DNA from: Clostridia bacterium
Lineage (GTDB): Bacteria > Bacillota > Clostridia > UMGS1883
Assembly: GCA_045636425.1 (NCBI GenBank)
Contig: JAZTXM010000013.1
Location: 86,500 to 150,499 of the forward strand
Direction of reading: 5' to 3'
Length of the DNA stretch: 64,000 nucleotides
The position numbers were made by a program, and so were the translations under genes. Below the pieces are notes generated by a model that saw nothing but the letters and a program-made list of their open reading frames with translations, searched no databases and was not told where the DNA came from. Shown here piece after piece: positions 9,300 through 22,407 of this stretch; within the stretch, counting starts at the first letter, position 1; each line of letters opens with the position of its first letter.

Positions 9300-10331
9300 T
9301 TATCTCTGCACACGACCGCTGCCGTCGCCGCCTACAAGATTGTCAACCTCACCGCGACTTACAAGATTCATATCGCCGGGAATTGTGTGCTTAAGAGCTG
9401 ATGCAGCAACACCGAATTCAAGAGCATCCTTGAAGTTCTTTCCGTCAAGCATACCGCAAATTACACCGCCTGCAAAGCTGTCGCCACCGCCTACACGGTC
9501 AACAATGGGGCAAATTCTGTATTCTCTTGAATGATAGAATTCCTTTGTGTCTCTTGAGTAGATACAAGCAGACCAGCCGTTATCGGAAGCAGAGTGAGAA
9601 ACACGCAGAGAAGAAATTACATATTCAAAGTTAAACTTTTCAACCATCTGCTCAAATATACTCTTGTAGCCTGCAAGTTCAAGCTCGCCGCTTGTTACAT
9701 CTGTATCACCGGGCTTGAATCCGAGAACCTTTTCTGCGTCTTCTTCGTTACCGATACATACATCAACGTACTGCATAAGATTTGTCATAATACGCTGAGC
9801 CTTTTCACTTGACCAAAGTTTCTTTCTGAAGTTAAGGTCACATGAAACTTTAACACCCTTTGCCTTAGCAGCTTTAAGAGCAGCTTCTGTAAGTTCTGCA
9901 GCCTGGTCTGAAACGGCGGGAGTGATACCTGTAAAGTGGAACCAATCACAACCGTCAAAAATCTTATCAAAGTCGAAATCTTCCGCCACAGCAGTTGAGA
10001 TGGAAGAATGTGCTCTGTCGTACACAACGTTGGATGCACGCATGGAAGCACCTGTCTCAAGGAAGTAAATTCCGAGTCTTTCACCGCCGCGAGCAATATT
10101 ATCTGTTTTAACATTCATTTTACGAAGAGCCGCTACTGCACATTCACCAATGGGGTTAGAGGGAACCTTTGTAACAAACTCTGCATCATGTCCGTAATTT
10201 GCGAGAGAAACCGCAACGTTTGCCTCTCCTCCGCCGTAGCAAACATCAAACTCGTCTGCCTGCAGGAATCTTTCATTGTTTGGAGTTGAGAGACGAAGCA
10301 TGATTTCGCCCATAGTAACTACCTTTGCCAT
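9300..10331 (-). CDS. kdgK: 2-dehydro-3-deoxygluconokinase (PfkB family)
   Basis: MAKVVTMGEIMLRLSTP... and the C-terminal GGGDSFAGG motif. SD AGGAGAGG before the internal Met at 10331. Confidence 0.8.
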   Translation of the reverse strand: MAKVVTMGEIMLRLSTPNNERFLQADEFDVCYGGGEANVAVSLANYGHDAEFVTKVPSNPIGECAVAALRKMNVKTDNIARGGERLGIYFLETGASMRASNVVYDRAHSSISTAVAEDFDFDKIFDGCDWFHFTGITPAVSDQAAELTEAALKAAKAKGVKVSCDLNFRKKLWSSEKAQRIMTNLMQYVDVCIGNEEDAEKVLGFKPGDTDVTSGELELAGYKSIFEQMVEKFNFEYVISSLRVSHSASDNGWSACIYSRDTKEFYHSREYRICPIVDRVGGGDSFAGGVICGMLDGKNFKDALEFGVAASALKHTIPGDMNLVSRGEVDNLVGGDGSGRVQR

Positions 10332-10471
10332 TTTAACCTCTCCTTTGAAAATCATAATATATTTGACAATATGTCATCTTAACTATATAATAACATTTAG
10401 ATGTATTCCAGTCAACAATTATATTTTGTTAAATATCAAATATATTACGATTTTGAAAAAGGAGAATTTTT

Positions 10472-11362
10472 GTGAAAAAAGTAAATAAAGCTCCCCTTAA
10501 ACAGGAAATTTTTAAAAACGAAAGCTCACTTATGACCATATTCCGTTCGAAAGTTCCGCTTTTAACGGATATATTTGAGGAACATCATCATACGGCTTTT
10601 GAAATTACCATGGTGCTCAGCGGCGAAGGTATATATGCTACAAAGTCTACGGAATTTACATTTAAAAGCGGTGATATATTCTTTTTCAGTACTGATGAAT
10701 TTCATTGGATAAAAAAACTCAATCACGATTCCGAATTTATAAATATTCATTTTGAGCCGAGATTTATCTGGTCAGACAATTTCGGATTTTCAAACAAGGA
10801 CCTAATAAGAATTTTCTTTAACAGAAAGAAAAAACCACTTAACAAGATTTCATTTAAAACTGACTCCGCAGAAACAATAAAAGACCTGATATTTAAAATG
10901 GAAAATGAAATATCCTTAAAAAAGAATGAGTATGACACAATGCTAAAAATACATTTGGTAAATATTCTTGTGGAAATGTTCAGATTTTTTGAAGAGAATC
11001 TTACACAAACGGATATTTCCTATAGCAGTCAGTCCCTAAGATATATGGAGGATGCACTAAACTACATTGACGAGCACTTAGAAAATGAATTAACGCTGGA
11101 AATGCTCTCGGATGTCGCACACATGAGCAAAACTTATTTTTGCAGTCAATTCCGAAAGCTTAACGGTATTTCCCCATGGGAATACATAACCATAAAGCGT
11201 GTGGAAAGAGCCATTACATATATTAAAACAACGGATATGTCAAAATCCGAGATAGCTTTCAAATGCGGTTATAATAACACTGCTAATTTCTACTATGCTT
11301 TTAGACGTGTTACAGGAAAAGCCCCCGGAGATTATAATAAATCAGCTGATGTTTTGCTTTAA
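10472..11362 (+). CDS. AraC-family transcriptional regulator (cupin plus HTH)
   Basis: The C-terminus has a typical AraC HTH (ISPWEYITIKRVERAITYIKTT...GYNNTANFYYAFRRVTGKAPGDY). Confidence 0.75.
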   Translation: MKKVNKAPLKQEIFKNESSLMTIFRSKVPLLTDIFEEHHHTAFEITMVLSGEGIYATKSTEFTFKSGDIFFFSTDEFHWIKKLNHDSEFINIHFEPRFIWSDNFGFSNKDLIRIFFNRKKKPLNKISFKTDSAETIKDLIFKMENEISLKKNEYDTMLKIHLVNILVEMFRFFEENLTQTDISYSSQSLRYMEDALNYIDEHLENELTLEMLSDVAHMSKTYFCSQFRKLNGISPWEYITIKRVERAITYIKTTDMSKSEIAFKCGYNNTANFYYAFRRVTGKAPGDYNKSADVLL

Positions 11363-12064
11363 AACGCCAAGCAGCTTTTTTTCAATCCTCGATATCTGAA
11401 CCTGGCTTACACCCATTATTCTTGCGACCTCGCTTTGTGTTTTTTCTTTATAGTACCGGAGGAGAAGAATCTGTTTTTCCTTGACAGGTAATTTCTCTAT
11501 TGCCTGCTTTAATGCAATTGATGTTAAAACCCCCTCCTCATTATGCTGCCTTTGGGAATGAAGCTTGTCTATTAAAAGCATGGGGCTGCTTTCGCTATCG
11601 TTAACCGTCTTGTAAAGGGACTCTGTAGGTTGCGTTGCTTCAAGCGAAAGCATAACCTCGTCGGTGGTTTTACAGATTGCCTCTGCAATTTCCTTTATGG
11701 TAGCCTCTCTTCCCTTTTCATTGCTTATTTTTTCTGCTGCAGCCTTTGCCATTGCCGCCGTTTCCTTCAAAGATCGGCTCACTTTAATTATACCGTCATC
11801 CCTTAGAAATCTGCGTATTTCTCCTAAAATCATTGGAATTGCGTACGTGGAAAATTCTACGTTGAAGCTTGTATCAAATTTATTTATTGCTTTAATAAGT
11901 CCGATTGCTCCGATTTGAAATAAATCATCGGATTCTATTCCCCTGCCCGAAAATTTTCTTACAACACACCATACCAAGCCTTTATTTTGAACTACAAGTC
12001 TTTCTAATGACTCTTTATCTCCGGATTGTGCCAATGAAATTAAACGGTAACATTCTTCTTTCAT
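11342..12064 (-). CDS. sigF: Sporulation sigma factor SigF
   Basis: 240 aa with sigma-70 regions 2 to 4. Sits immediately downstream of spoIIAB. Confidence 0.9.
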   Translation of the reverse strand: MKEECYRLISLAQSGDKESLERLVVQNKGLVWCVVRKFSGRGIESDDLFQIGAIGLIKAINKFDTSFNVEFSTYAIPMILGEIRRFLRDDGIIKVSRSLKETAAMAKAAAEKISNEKGREATIKEIAEAICKTTDEVMLSLEATQPTESLYKTVNDSESSPMLLIDKLHSQRQHNEEGVLTSIALKQAIEKLPVKEKQILLLRYYKEKTQSEVARIMGVSQVQISRIEKKLLGVLKQNIS

Positions 12065-12077
12065 TATTGCACATCCT

Positions 12078-12491
12078 TTATAGCTTTTTTGTCATAATAA
12101 CTGTTGTTCCCGTATTTTGTTCACTGATAACGAGCAGAGAATCCATAAAGCTTTCCATGACGGTAAAGCCCATGCCGCTTCTGTCCTTTTCAGGCTTGGA
12201 TGTAAACATCGGCATCCTTGCCTGCTCTATATCTTCTATTCCCACACCAAAATCCTGTACTTTTATATGTAGAACACGATTCTTAATCTCAAACTCCAGT
12301 ATTATCTTTCCCTCTGCCTCGCCATAACCGTGGATAATTGAATTTGTAACGGCTTCGGATACCGCTGTTTTAATATCGGCAAGCTGTTCCATAGTCGGAT
12401 CAAGCGGCATTATAAAGCCTGCTGCTATTATTCTTGCCAAGCCTTCATTAATCCCTTTTGCACAAAATTCAGCTTTTAGGTAATTGTTCAT
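12078..12491 (-). CDS. spoIIAB: Anti-sigma F factor SpoIIAB (Ser kinase)
   Basis: 137 aa with an HATPase fold and the HGY...GMGF motifs of SpoIIAB. Confidence 0.9.
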   Translation of the reverse strand: MNNYLKAEFCAKGINEGLARIIAAGFIMPLDPTMEQLADIKTAVSEAVTNSIIHGYGEAEGKIILEFEIKNRVLHIKVQDFGVGIEDIEQARMPMFTSKPEKDRSGMGFTVMESFMDSLLVISEQNTGTTVIMTKKL

Positions 12492-12859
12492 TTGTCCTCG
12501 CCCCTTTCAGGATCAATATTTTTATCAAATGAGTTTTCGGCTGCTTCCCGGTTTTTATAATGAGGGATAATTTTTGTTATGCCACTCAGGTCAATTATTT
12601 TTTTTACCGTTGGGGATGCATTACATAAAGCCACGCCTCCACCAAGCATTTTCACTAATTTGTAGCGACCTATTATGAGTCCGATCCCCGATGAATCCAT
12701 TAACGTTACATCTCTTAGGTCAAAAATAAGATTCTTAATTGACGCAACTTCAATCTCTATATCGATTTTCTCCTTTAACACTGCGACCGCGTACTGGTCA
12801 ATTTCGCCACTTAAGCAAACAATTAAGGCGTTATTTCCGTGCTTAAAATCTTTGCCCAT
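12488..12859 (-). CDS. spoIIAA: Anti-sigma factor antagonist SpoIIAA (STAS)
   Basis: 123 aa. STAS domain with the phosphorylatable Ser context (DLRDVTLMDSSGIG). Confidence 0.85.
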   Translation of the reverse strand: MGKDFKHGNNALIVCLSGEIDQYAVAVLKEKIDIEIEVASIKNLIFDLRDVTLMDSSGIGLIIGRYKLVKMLGGGVALCNASPTVKKIIDLSGITKIIPHYKNREAAENSFDKNIDPERGEDK

Positions 12860-12963
12860 ATTGATTCCTCCTGATTTGTATTTAGCCTCCCGTCGGCTGA
12901 ATATATTTTATCATATTGTTTTGCTTAAACAAACCGAAACCTTTGTCGATTAACAGGTTTCTT

Positions 12964-13009
12964 TGTTAAAAAAAGCGGAAAGAAATCCCGCGAAGGGATT
13001 TCTTTCCGC
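12964..13009 (-). terminator. Rho-independent terminator downstream of dacF
   Basis: gcggaaagaaatccc / gggatttctttccgc stem followed by a T-run on the minus strand. Confidence 0.6.
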
Positions 13010-13019
13010 TTTAAGTTCG

Positions 13020-14141
13020 TCAGAATAAAAAAATTGAAGTTATTTTTTTCAAAAGAAGAAGTAAAAGTTTTTTAATTTTATGTATAAAGGTTATTTTCTT
13101 TACATCAGAAGCTGTAATGAGAGGAATTTCCGAAATCTTACTATCGTTACAATATACGATAATTTTTCCGGCTGCCGTTCCTTTTTCAGAAGGAATTTTA
13201 AGCACATCAGTCTGTATTTCGGTTGTAATTTTATCATTATCTTTGATTGCTATCTTATAATTTTCACTGTAAAGAAGTTTTACTTTACGGTTGTTTTCTC
13301 TATCATAAAGTAACTCATATGCAACGTCGTTTTTTTGGGCTATATTCTTGCAGTTATAGTTTTCAAATCCGTAATTCAGGAGATATGTATGGTCGTTCCA
13401 ATCATCAGGTGCGTTTAGTGTAACGCAAATCAGTTCTTCTCCATTTCTTTCTGCATACGAAACAAGGCACCTGCCGCATCTTTTTGTGTACCCTGTTTTT
13501 ACCCCGATGCATCCGTCGAATCGCCATAATAGCTTATTATGATTTTTCAAGGCACGGTCCCAATTTTCATTTGGATTTGGAATTGTATATGTTTTTGTTG
13601 AAACAATTTTGGCAAAAAGCTTGTTTTTCATTGCCTCACGAGTTATCAGTGCCAAATCATAGGCGGTTGTATAATGATTTTCATCATCAAGGCCGTGTGG
13701 ATTTTTGAAAGATGTGTTAGTTGCACCGATTTCTTTTGCCCTTTGAGTCATCATGAGCGCAAAAGCTTCGCTGTTTCCTGCTAAGAATTCTGATATTGCC
13801 ACAGCCGCATCATTTCCGCTCTTCAGCATCAAACCATATGTAAGGTCATGAAGTTTTAGTTTTTCTCCCGGTTTCAGCCATAACGACGAACCTTCTGTTC
13901 CCGATGCAAAGGGGCTTACCTTTACGTATTTGTCCATTTTTCCGCTTTCACAGGCAAGAAGCCCCGTCATTATTTTCGTTGTACTCGCCATTGGAAGCTG
14001 CTGTTTTGAATTTTTTTCAAATAAAATTCTTCCGCTGTGGGCATCTAAAAGCACCGCACTTTGGGCACTTATTTCATTTGCATTTACCGAAAGTGAAAAA
14101 AGAAATATAAAAAAAATTGTTATCACAAACAATTTACGCAT
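13020..14141 (-). CDS. dacF: D-alanyl-D-alanine carboxypeptidase (DacF-like PBP)
   Basis: Signal peptide. SxxK (ASTTK), SGN and KTG motifs. Positioned upstream of spoIIAA as in Bacillus. Confidence 0.85.
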   Translation of the reverse strand: MRKLFVITIFFIFLFSLSVNANEISAQSAVLLDAHSGRILFEKNSKQQLPMASTTKIMTGLLACESGKMDKYVKVSPFASGTEGSSLWLKPGEKLKLHDLTYGLMLKSGNDAAVAISEFLAGNSEAFALMMTQRAKEIGATNTSFKNPHGLDDENHYTTAYDLALITREAMKNKLFAKIVSTKTYTIPNPNENWDRALKNHNKLLWRFDGCIGVKTGYTKRCGRCLVSYAERNGEELICVTLNAPDDWNDHTYLLNYGFENYNCKNIAQKNDVAYELLYDRENNRKVKLLYSENYKIAIKDNDKITTEIQTDVLKIPSEKGTAAGKIIVYCNDSKISEIPLITASDVKKITFIHKIKKLLLLLLKKITSIFLF

Positions 14142-14193
14142 AGAAAAACCCCCTCATTTCGAATATATTACCGAAACGAGGGGGGTATACATT

Positions 14194-14604
14194 TTATTTT
14201 ACGTATTTTTTGATTTCATCCGATGCATCTTGGGGATTCATGCTGAGGATAATCTGAATTTCTGCGTTGCTGTTTTCCGCAACTGCACTAATCTTGGAAA
14301 GGAAAGCTTCAAGAGCCTGAACATCGTCATTAACAATTTTTGTAATACTATCAATGAAAATGTGTGCTATATCGTAATTCTGGGAAAGTATGCCGCAAAC
14401 AAAACCGTAAAAATCATCATAGTTGGAAATTCCATACTCCTCGGTGTTTACAAGCCTTACCTTATGCGATAAGTCAAGCACATGTCTGTTTCCTTTGTTG
14501 ATAAAAACAACGCTTCCCGAAGCTGCTTTTTCCGCAGTATGTACCGCTTCAATGAGTCTTGCTGTTTTGCCTGTACCTTTTTCGCCAATAATAACATTAA
14601 TCAT
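14194..14604 (-). CDS. Small P-loop NTPase (hypothetical)
   Basis: Walker A motif GEKGTGKT near the N-terminus. 136 aa. Confidence 0.4.
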   Translation of the reverse strand: MINVIIGEKGTGKTARLIEAVHTAEKAASGSVVFINKGNRHVLDLSHKVRLVNTEEYGISNYDDFYGFVCGILSQNYDIAHIFIDSITKIVNDDVQALEAFLSKISAVAENSNAEIQIILSMNPQDASDEIKKYVK

Positions 14605-14738
14605 ACTAAGCCCTCCTAAAATTTATTTGGTGTCTCTATGGTTATATTATACTATATGTATGAACCAAAGGCAAGATGTTTTTGACAAATTTCAATAATT
14701 TTTCAAATTTTGACATTTACTTTGGTTCTGAATTATTC

Positions 14739-17958
<3,220 letters not shown>

Positions 17959-18134
17959 TATATCATTCCCTTTCTTAGAGCGTTTATTTACTTATTTAAC
18001 AATAATATTATATCGCAACTTATTAAACAGGTCAACTGTAATTTTGAAATTTTCGATGAAGATTTATACTTGAAAATACTTTCAAACGATGTTACAATAT
18101 TAAAGTACATAAAACGACAGATTGGAGTACACCT

Positions 18135-19274
18135 ATGATACAGAAAGAAATTAACGAAATCAGGAGACGGCTGACAGGCGAAAGAAACTGCATTTCCCGT
18201 TTCTACGGCTGCTTTGTAAATCAGCAAAAGGAAATTGTTTCCCGAATTGACAGTAGTGCCGCTTTAATGCCTCAAAACGAAAAGGACAGGTTTTTGGCGA
18301 TAATAAGAAAAATCCTTTCAGGAGGGCTTGGAAAGTGTCTTACCGATATTACGTTCACCACACAGCAGGTAACAAGCAGTGAAGAGCATGGACTACTTAT
18401 GAAGCTTAAGGACACATCGCTATCCGACGAGGAGGCACGAGATAAATTATACACTAAGATAATAGAAAATGTACAGATGGAGGGAAATTATGTTATCCTC
18501 CTTATTGCCGATACATACGACATTCCGTTTAAGGGTGCTGACGGCGTGTCACGCGGCAAGGATTCAACAGACATATTTTCTTATTTCCTTTGCAGTATCT
18601 GTCCCGTAAAAGACGGCAAAGCCGAGATTGCGTATATGCGGGAAGAAAATGAGTTCCATTCATTTGTTACTCCCCAGACGGTTGCGTCGCCTGAGGTTGG
18701 CTTTATGTTCCCTGCCTTTGACGACAGAAACACAAATATTTACAACGCCCTTTTTTATGTGAGGAATACAGCGATAATGCAGGAGTCACTTATAGATTCT
18801 TTATTTAAAACCAAGGCTCCAATGTCTGTTCCCGAACAAAAGGAAGTTTTCACAAATGCACTTACCCAGACTCTTGAAAATGAATGTAGCTTTGACGTAG
18901 TTCAATCAATGCACGAGCAAATCCGCGAGAGGATAACTCAACATAAGGAAAGCAAAGACCCGCAGCCACTCGATTTTACAGCTGATGACGTGGGAAATAT
19001 GCTGAAATATAGCGGGGTTGCCGAAGAAAAGGTCCAGGCATTCAGAGAGAAATGCGATAAGGATTTTGGTGAAAATGCAACTCTTATACCCACCAATATA
19101 ATTGAAAGCAAAAAATTTGAAGTGGTAACGCCTCAGGTTAAAATAACTGTTGACCCCGAATACACATATTCCGTGGAAACCAAAGTGATTAACGGAAGAA
19201 AATATCTTCTGATTCCTGCCGATGACAGTGTAACAATCAACGGAATAAGTATTAAGATTCCAAAAGAAGAATAA
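18135..19274 (+). CDS. Hypothetical protein (Clostridia-type conserved, DUF-like)
   Basis: 379 aa with no recognised catalytic motif. RBS and terminator are present. Confidence 0.45.
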   Translation: MIQKEINEIRRRLTGERNCISRFYGCFVNQQKEIVSRIDSSAALMPQNEKDRFLAIIRKILSGGLGKCLTDITFTTQQVTSSEEHGLLMKLKDTSLSDEEARDKLYTKIIENVQMEGNYVILLIADTYDIPFKGADGVSRGKDSTDIFSYFLCSICPVKDGKAEIAYMREENEFHSFVTPQTVASPEVGFMFPAFDDRNTNIYNALFYVRNTAIMQESLIDSLFKTKAPMSVPEQKEVFTNALTQTLENECSFDVVQSMHEQIRERITQHKESKDPQPLDFTADDVGNMLKYSGVAEEKVQAFREKCDKDFGENATLIPTNIIESKKFEVVTPQVKITVDPEYTYSVETKVINGRKYLLIPADDSVTINGISIKIPKEE

Positions 19275-19278
19275 AAAA

Positions 19279-19311
19279 ATCCGATTTGGGGACAGCCCTC
19301 AAATCGGATTT
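19279..19311. terminator. Bidirectional intrinsic terminator between convergent genes
   Basis: aaatccgatttgagggctgtccccaaatcggattt hairpin flanked by A- and T-runs. Confidence 0.6.
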
Positions 19312-19313
19312 TT

Positions 19314-20750
19314 TTATTTATACAATTTTGCAAGACCGCCCTCGCCCGTTTCGCGATAATGGCGTGATAAATCCTTTCCTGTTTCATACATTGTCTGCAC
19401 GACAACGTCAAAGGAAATTTTTCTCGTATCTGTAAGGAAGTTTGCAAGATTTACTGCATTTAACGCACGCATTGCCGCAACGGCGTTTCGCTCAATACAA
19501 GGAATCTGTACAAGACCGTAAATAGGGTCGCAGGTGAGTCCCAGATGATGCTCAATTGCAATTTCTGCGGCGTATTCAATTTGTTCAAGGCTCATGTTGT
19601 AAAGCTCTGCCAGAGCCGCAGATGCCATGGCACATGCCGTGCCGATTTCCGCCTGACAGCCACATTCCGCACCGCTTATGGAGGCGTTAGTTTTAACAAT
19701 ATTACCAACAAGTGCCGCCGTTTTTAATGCCTTATATATTTCTGAATCGGGAAAATTCCTTTTTTGCTGAATGTAATAGAGCACCGCAGGAAGAACGCCG
19801 CTGGAGCCGCATGTAGGTGCCGTTACAATTTTTTCACCACAGGCATTCTGTTCACTTACGGCAAACGCATAGGAGCATACAAGACGGTTTTCTTTTGTTT
19901 GCTCGGTCTCATCAATATGATGCTGTTTGTATAAAAATTGTGCTTTCTTCTGCACTTTAAGCTTGCCGGGGATGCAGCCAGTATCTGAGAGCCCTTTCTT
20001 TATAGAACGCTTCATTTCCTCCCAGATTCTGCGTATAAAGGCATCTATATCCTCTCCCTCACATTCGTCCACATATTGCCACAATCGAAGATTGTTTTCC
20101 CGACAGTACTCAGCCATTTCGGAAAAGGTATGAAGCGGATAAAGATTGCTGTTTTCCTGAAGATCTTCCCCCTCTATTGTAATCTGACCGCCGCCGATAC
20201 TGCAAACACGTGAAAATCCCATTTTTACATTATTATTAAAGGCAAATATATCCATTGTGTTTGGATGAGGAATGTCTTTTGTAATACAATCAAACTCTAT
20301 ATCACAACGGGTTGGCAAAAACGCCTGTGTTATAGCATAATCGGTCATATGCCCCTTGCCTGTTTGTGCCAAAGAACCGTAAAGCACCACCTTATAGCGG
20401 TCTGCATCGGGGAATTTGCGTTTAAACATCAAGCAAGCCTTCTCAGGTCCCATAGTGTGGGAGCTTGAGGGACCTCTCCCGATTTTATAAAGTTCGCGAA
20501 TTGTGGGCATGGCAAGCTTTACCCCTTCTTTCTTAAAGGCAGGCTCCAAATCGGAAAAAAAATACTCAATACTGACATTATAAAGCTTACAAATTTTATA
20601 AATCGAATCAATGCTGGGATATGAAATTTCGTTCTCCCATTTGGAAACCGCACGATTTGTAACTCCGAGGCTTTTCCCGAATTCCTCCTGTGTCATTCCC
20701 AATGATTCTCTTAGTGAAGAAATTTTCTCTGCAAAATTTAAGTTTATCAT
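19314..20750 (-). CDS. sdaA: Fusion of an HTH (XRE) domain to L-serine dehydratase (single chain, Fe-S type)
   Basis: The N-terminal 65 aa form an XRE HTH (LGMTQEEFGKSLGVTNRAVSKWE). They are followed by the beta-domain motif RGPSSSHTMGP and the alpha-domain motif TAPTCGSSGVLPAVL. Confidence 0.65.
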   Translation of the reverse strand: MINLNFAEKISSLRESLGMTQEEFGKSLGVTNRAVSKWENEISYPSIDSIYKICKLYNVSIEYFFSDLEPAFKKEGVKLAMPTIRELYKIGRGPSSSHTMGPEKACLMFKRKFPDADRYKVVLYGSLAQTGKGHMTDYAITQAFLPTRCDIEFDCITKDIPHPNTMDIFAFNNNVKMGFSRVCSIGGGQITIEGEDLQENSNLYPLHTFSEMAEYCRENNLRLWQYVDECEGEDIDAFIRRIWEEMKRSIKKGLSDTGCIPGKLKVQKKAQFLYKQHHIDETEQTKENRLVCSYAFAVSEQNACGEKIVTAPTCGSSGVLPAVLYYIQQKRNFPDSEIYKALKTAALVGNIVKTNASISGAECGCQAEIGTACAMASAALAELYNMSLEQIEYAAEIAIEHHLGLTCDPIYGLVQIPCIERNAVAAMRALNAVNLANFLTDTRKISFDVVVQTMYETGKDLSRHYRETGEGGLAKLYK

Positions 20751-20928
20751 AACTGCACTCCAAAAATCTTTATTGACTAAATTATACCAAAATTATTTTG
20801 TCCTGTAAATGGCATTTGATACAATTTTTATCAACCTGCGGTAGAATTTTTGATAAATGCAAATGAATTCGAAAATCACAAAAGAACGAGCTTCGGTATG
20901 AAGCTCGTTCTTTTGTGATATGTTAGTG

Positions 20929-21957
20929 TTATTTTATATAAATTTCTTTTCCGCCCTGCCTTGCACTTTCATACATTGCAAAGACGGTTTTCATGGTGTT
21001 TGCTGAATCAAAGACTGTGAAATACTTTCCGTGGTCGTAATACTCTTTTAAAAGTGCGATATGCCCTGTTCCCCAGTAAGCTTTCTCACCCTCTGCAGTA
21101 ACGTCATGGCAGAGCATTTCATCATCCAAAAACAGCTTGTCATCGGCGTAACGAAGGGTTCCTTTTTCACAAACCACCTGTAAATCGGGGGTGCTATTGG
21201 AGGAAAATGCATTCGTGGCAAAGAAAATCGCTTTCGCATCATCATTTGTCCTGAGCGACGCCATGAAGCTGTCCTCCACCTCGATTACGTTTTCAAGAGA
21301 GAAATTATTCATGACAGCTTTAAGCGACTTAAATCCACCTGTGAAATATCCCATAAGGTCAAGCGTATGTATTGCCTGGTTAATAAGAACGCCTCCGCCC
21401 TCGGTTTCCCATTTTCCGCGCCATGCATCGGTATCATAATAGGCTTTATCACGAAACCACGTTAAAATTCCGCGTACACCGATAATATTTCCGAGCTGAC
21501 CCGAGGCAAGTATTTCCTTCATCTTTAAAACGCAGGTATTAAGCCTGTTCTGAAAGCAAACGGCAACTTTTTCCACTCCGGGAAGCTTAAGCATTTTTTC
21601 AAACTGCTCAAGGTTTATGGCAAGAGGCTTTTCACAAACAACTTCTTTGTTTTTTTAAAGAGCCTTTTTTACCATGTCAAAATGCAGATAATGAGGTGTA
21701 CAGATATGCACACTGTCAATACTCTCATCACCAAGCATTTCTTCAAAATCTGCGTATGTAACCACATCATAATTATCTGCACATTTTTTAATACAGCTTT
21801 CATCACAGTCACACACTGCATAAAGACGGGCATTCGCCACATTTTCAAGTGCCGCGGCGTGAATGGGTCCTATCGCTCCGTAACCTACAATACATACGTT
21901 TTTCAAATGAATCTCTTCCTTTCGGTGTCTTACAGATTCTCGGGGCATTCTCCGCAA
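20929..21957 (-). pseudogene. Gfo/Idh/MocA-family oxidoreductase, disrupted
   Basis: The Rossmann N-terminus (VCIVGYGAIGPIHAAAL) is at 21957-21655. The C-terminal catalytic part (20929-21594) is in another frame. The break coincides with a T8 homopolymer at 21641-21648. Confidence 0.55.
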
Positions 21958-22253
21958 TCGGGGACATCAACAGGAGTTCCGCCGTTATTGGCAGATTCTA
22001 TTGCAACAAGCCCGGGGATTGTATATCTTGCGGCATTCCATGCATTGAGAACCGGCTACTTATGATTATACACCGCTTTGCAGAAATCGTCAATAAGTAA
22101 TTTATGAGTTGCCATATGTCCGTTGTCAAGACCGTCAAATTCCTTGGGAAGTCTTGCCATTTCTTTCTCCTGGATTTCTGCAACATCATCCCACTGCCAC
22201 TCGCCGTTTGCAAGCTCCATAAATAGACTTGCTGCACACCAGCAATCTTTCAA
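21930..22253 (-). pseudogene. Gene fragment with an internal in-frame TAG (remnant)
   Basis: ...DDFCKAVYNHK-stop-PVLNAWNAARYTIPGLVAIESANNGG.... No intact N-terminus is present. Confidence 0.3.
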
Positions 22254-22407
22254 TAAGCGAAATTGTAACCTCGGTTGGTTTTTCCGATATTCCGCATTTT
22301 ATAAAATCATTTAAAAAAAACACCGGGAAAACTCCCGGCGAATACAGAAATTCAATACAAAAAGCAGAGTGATTTCACTCTGCTTTTATGTTTGTTCAGT
22401 TATCAAA

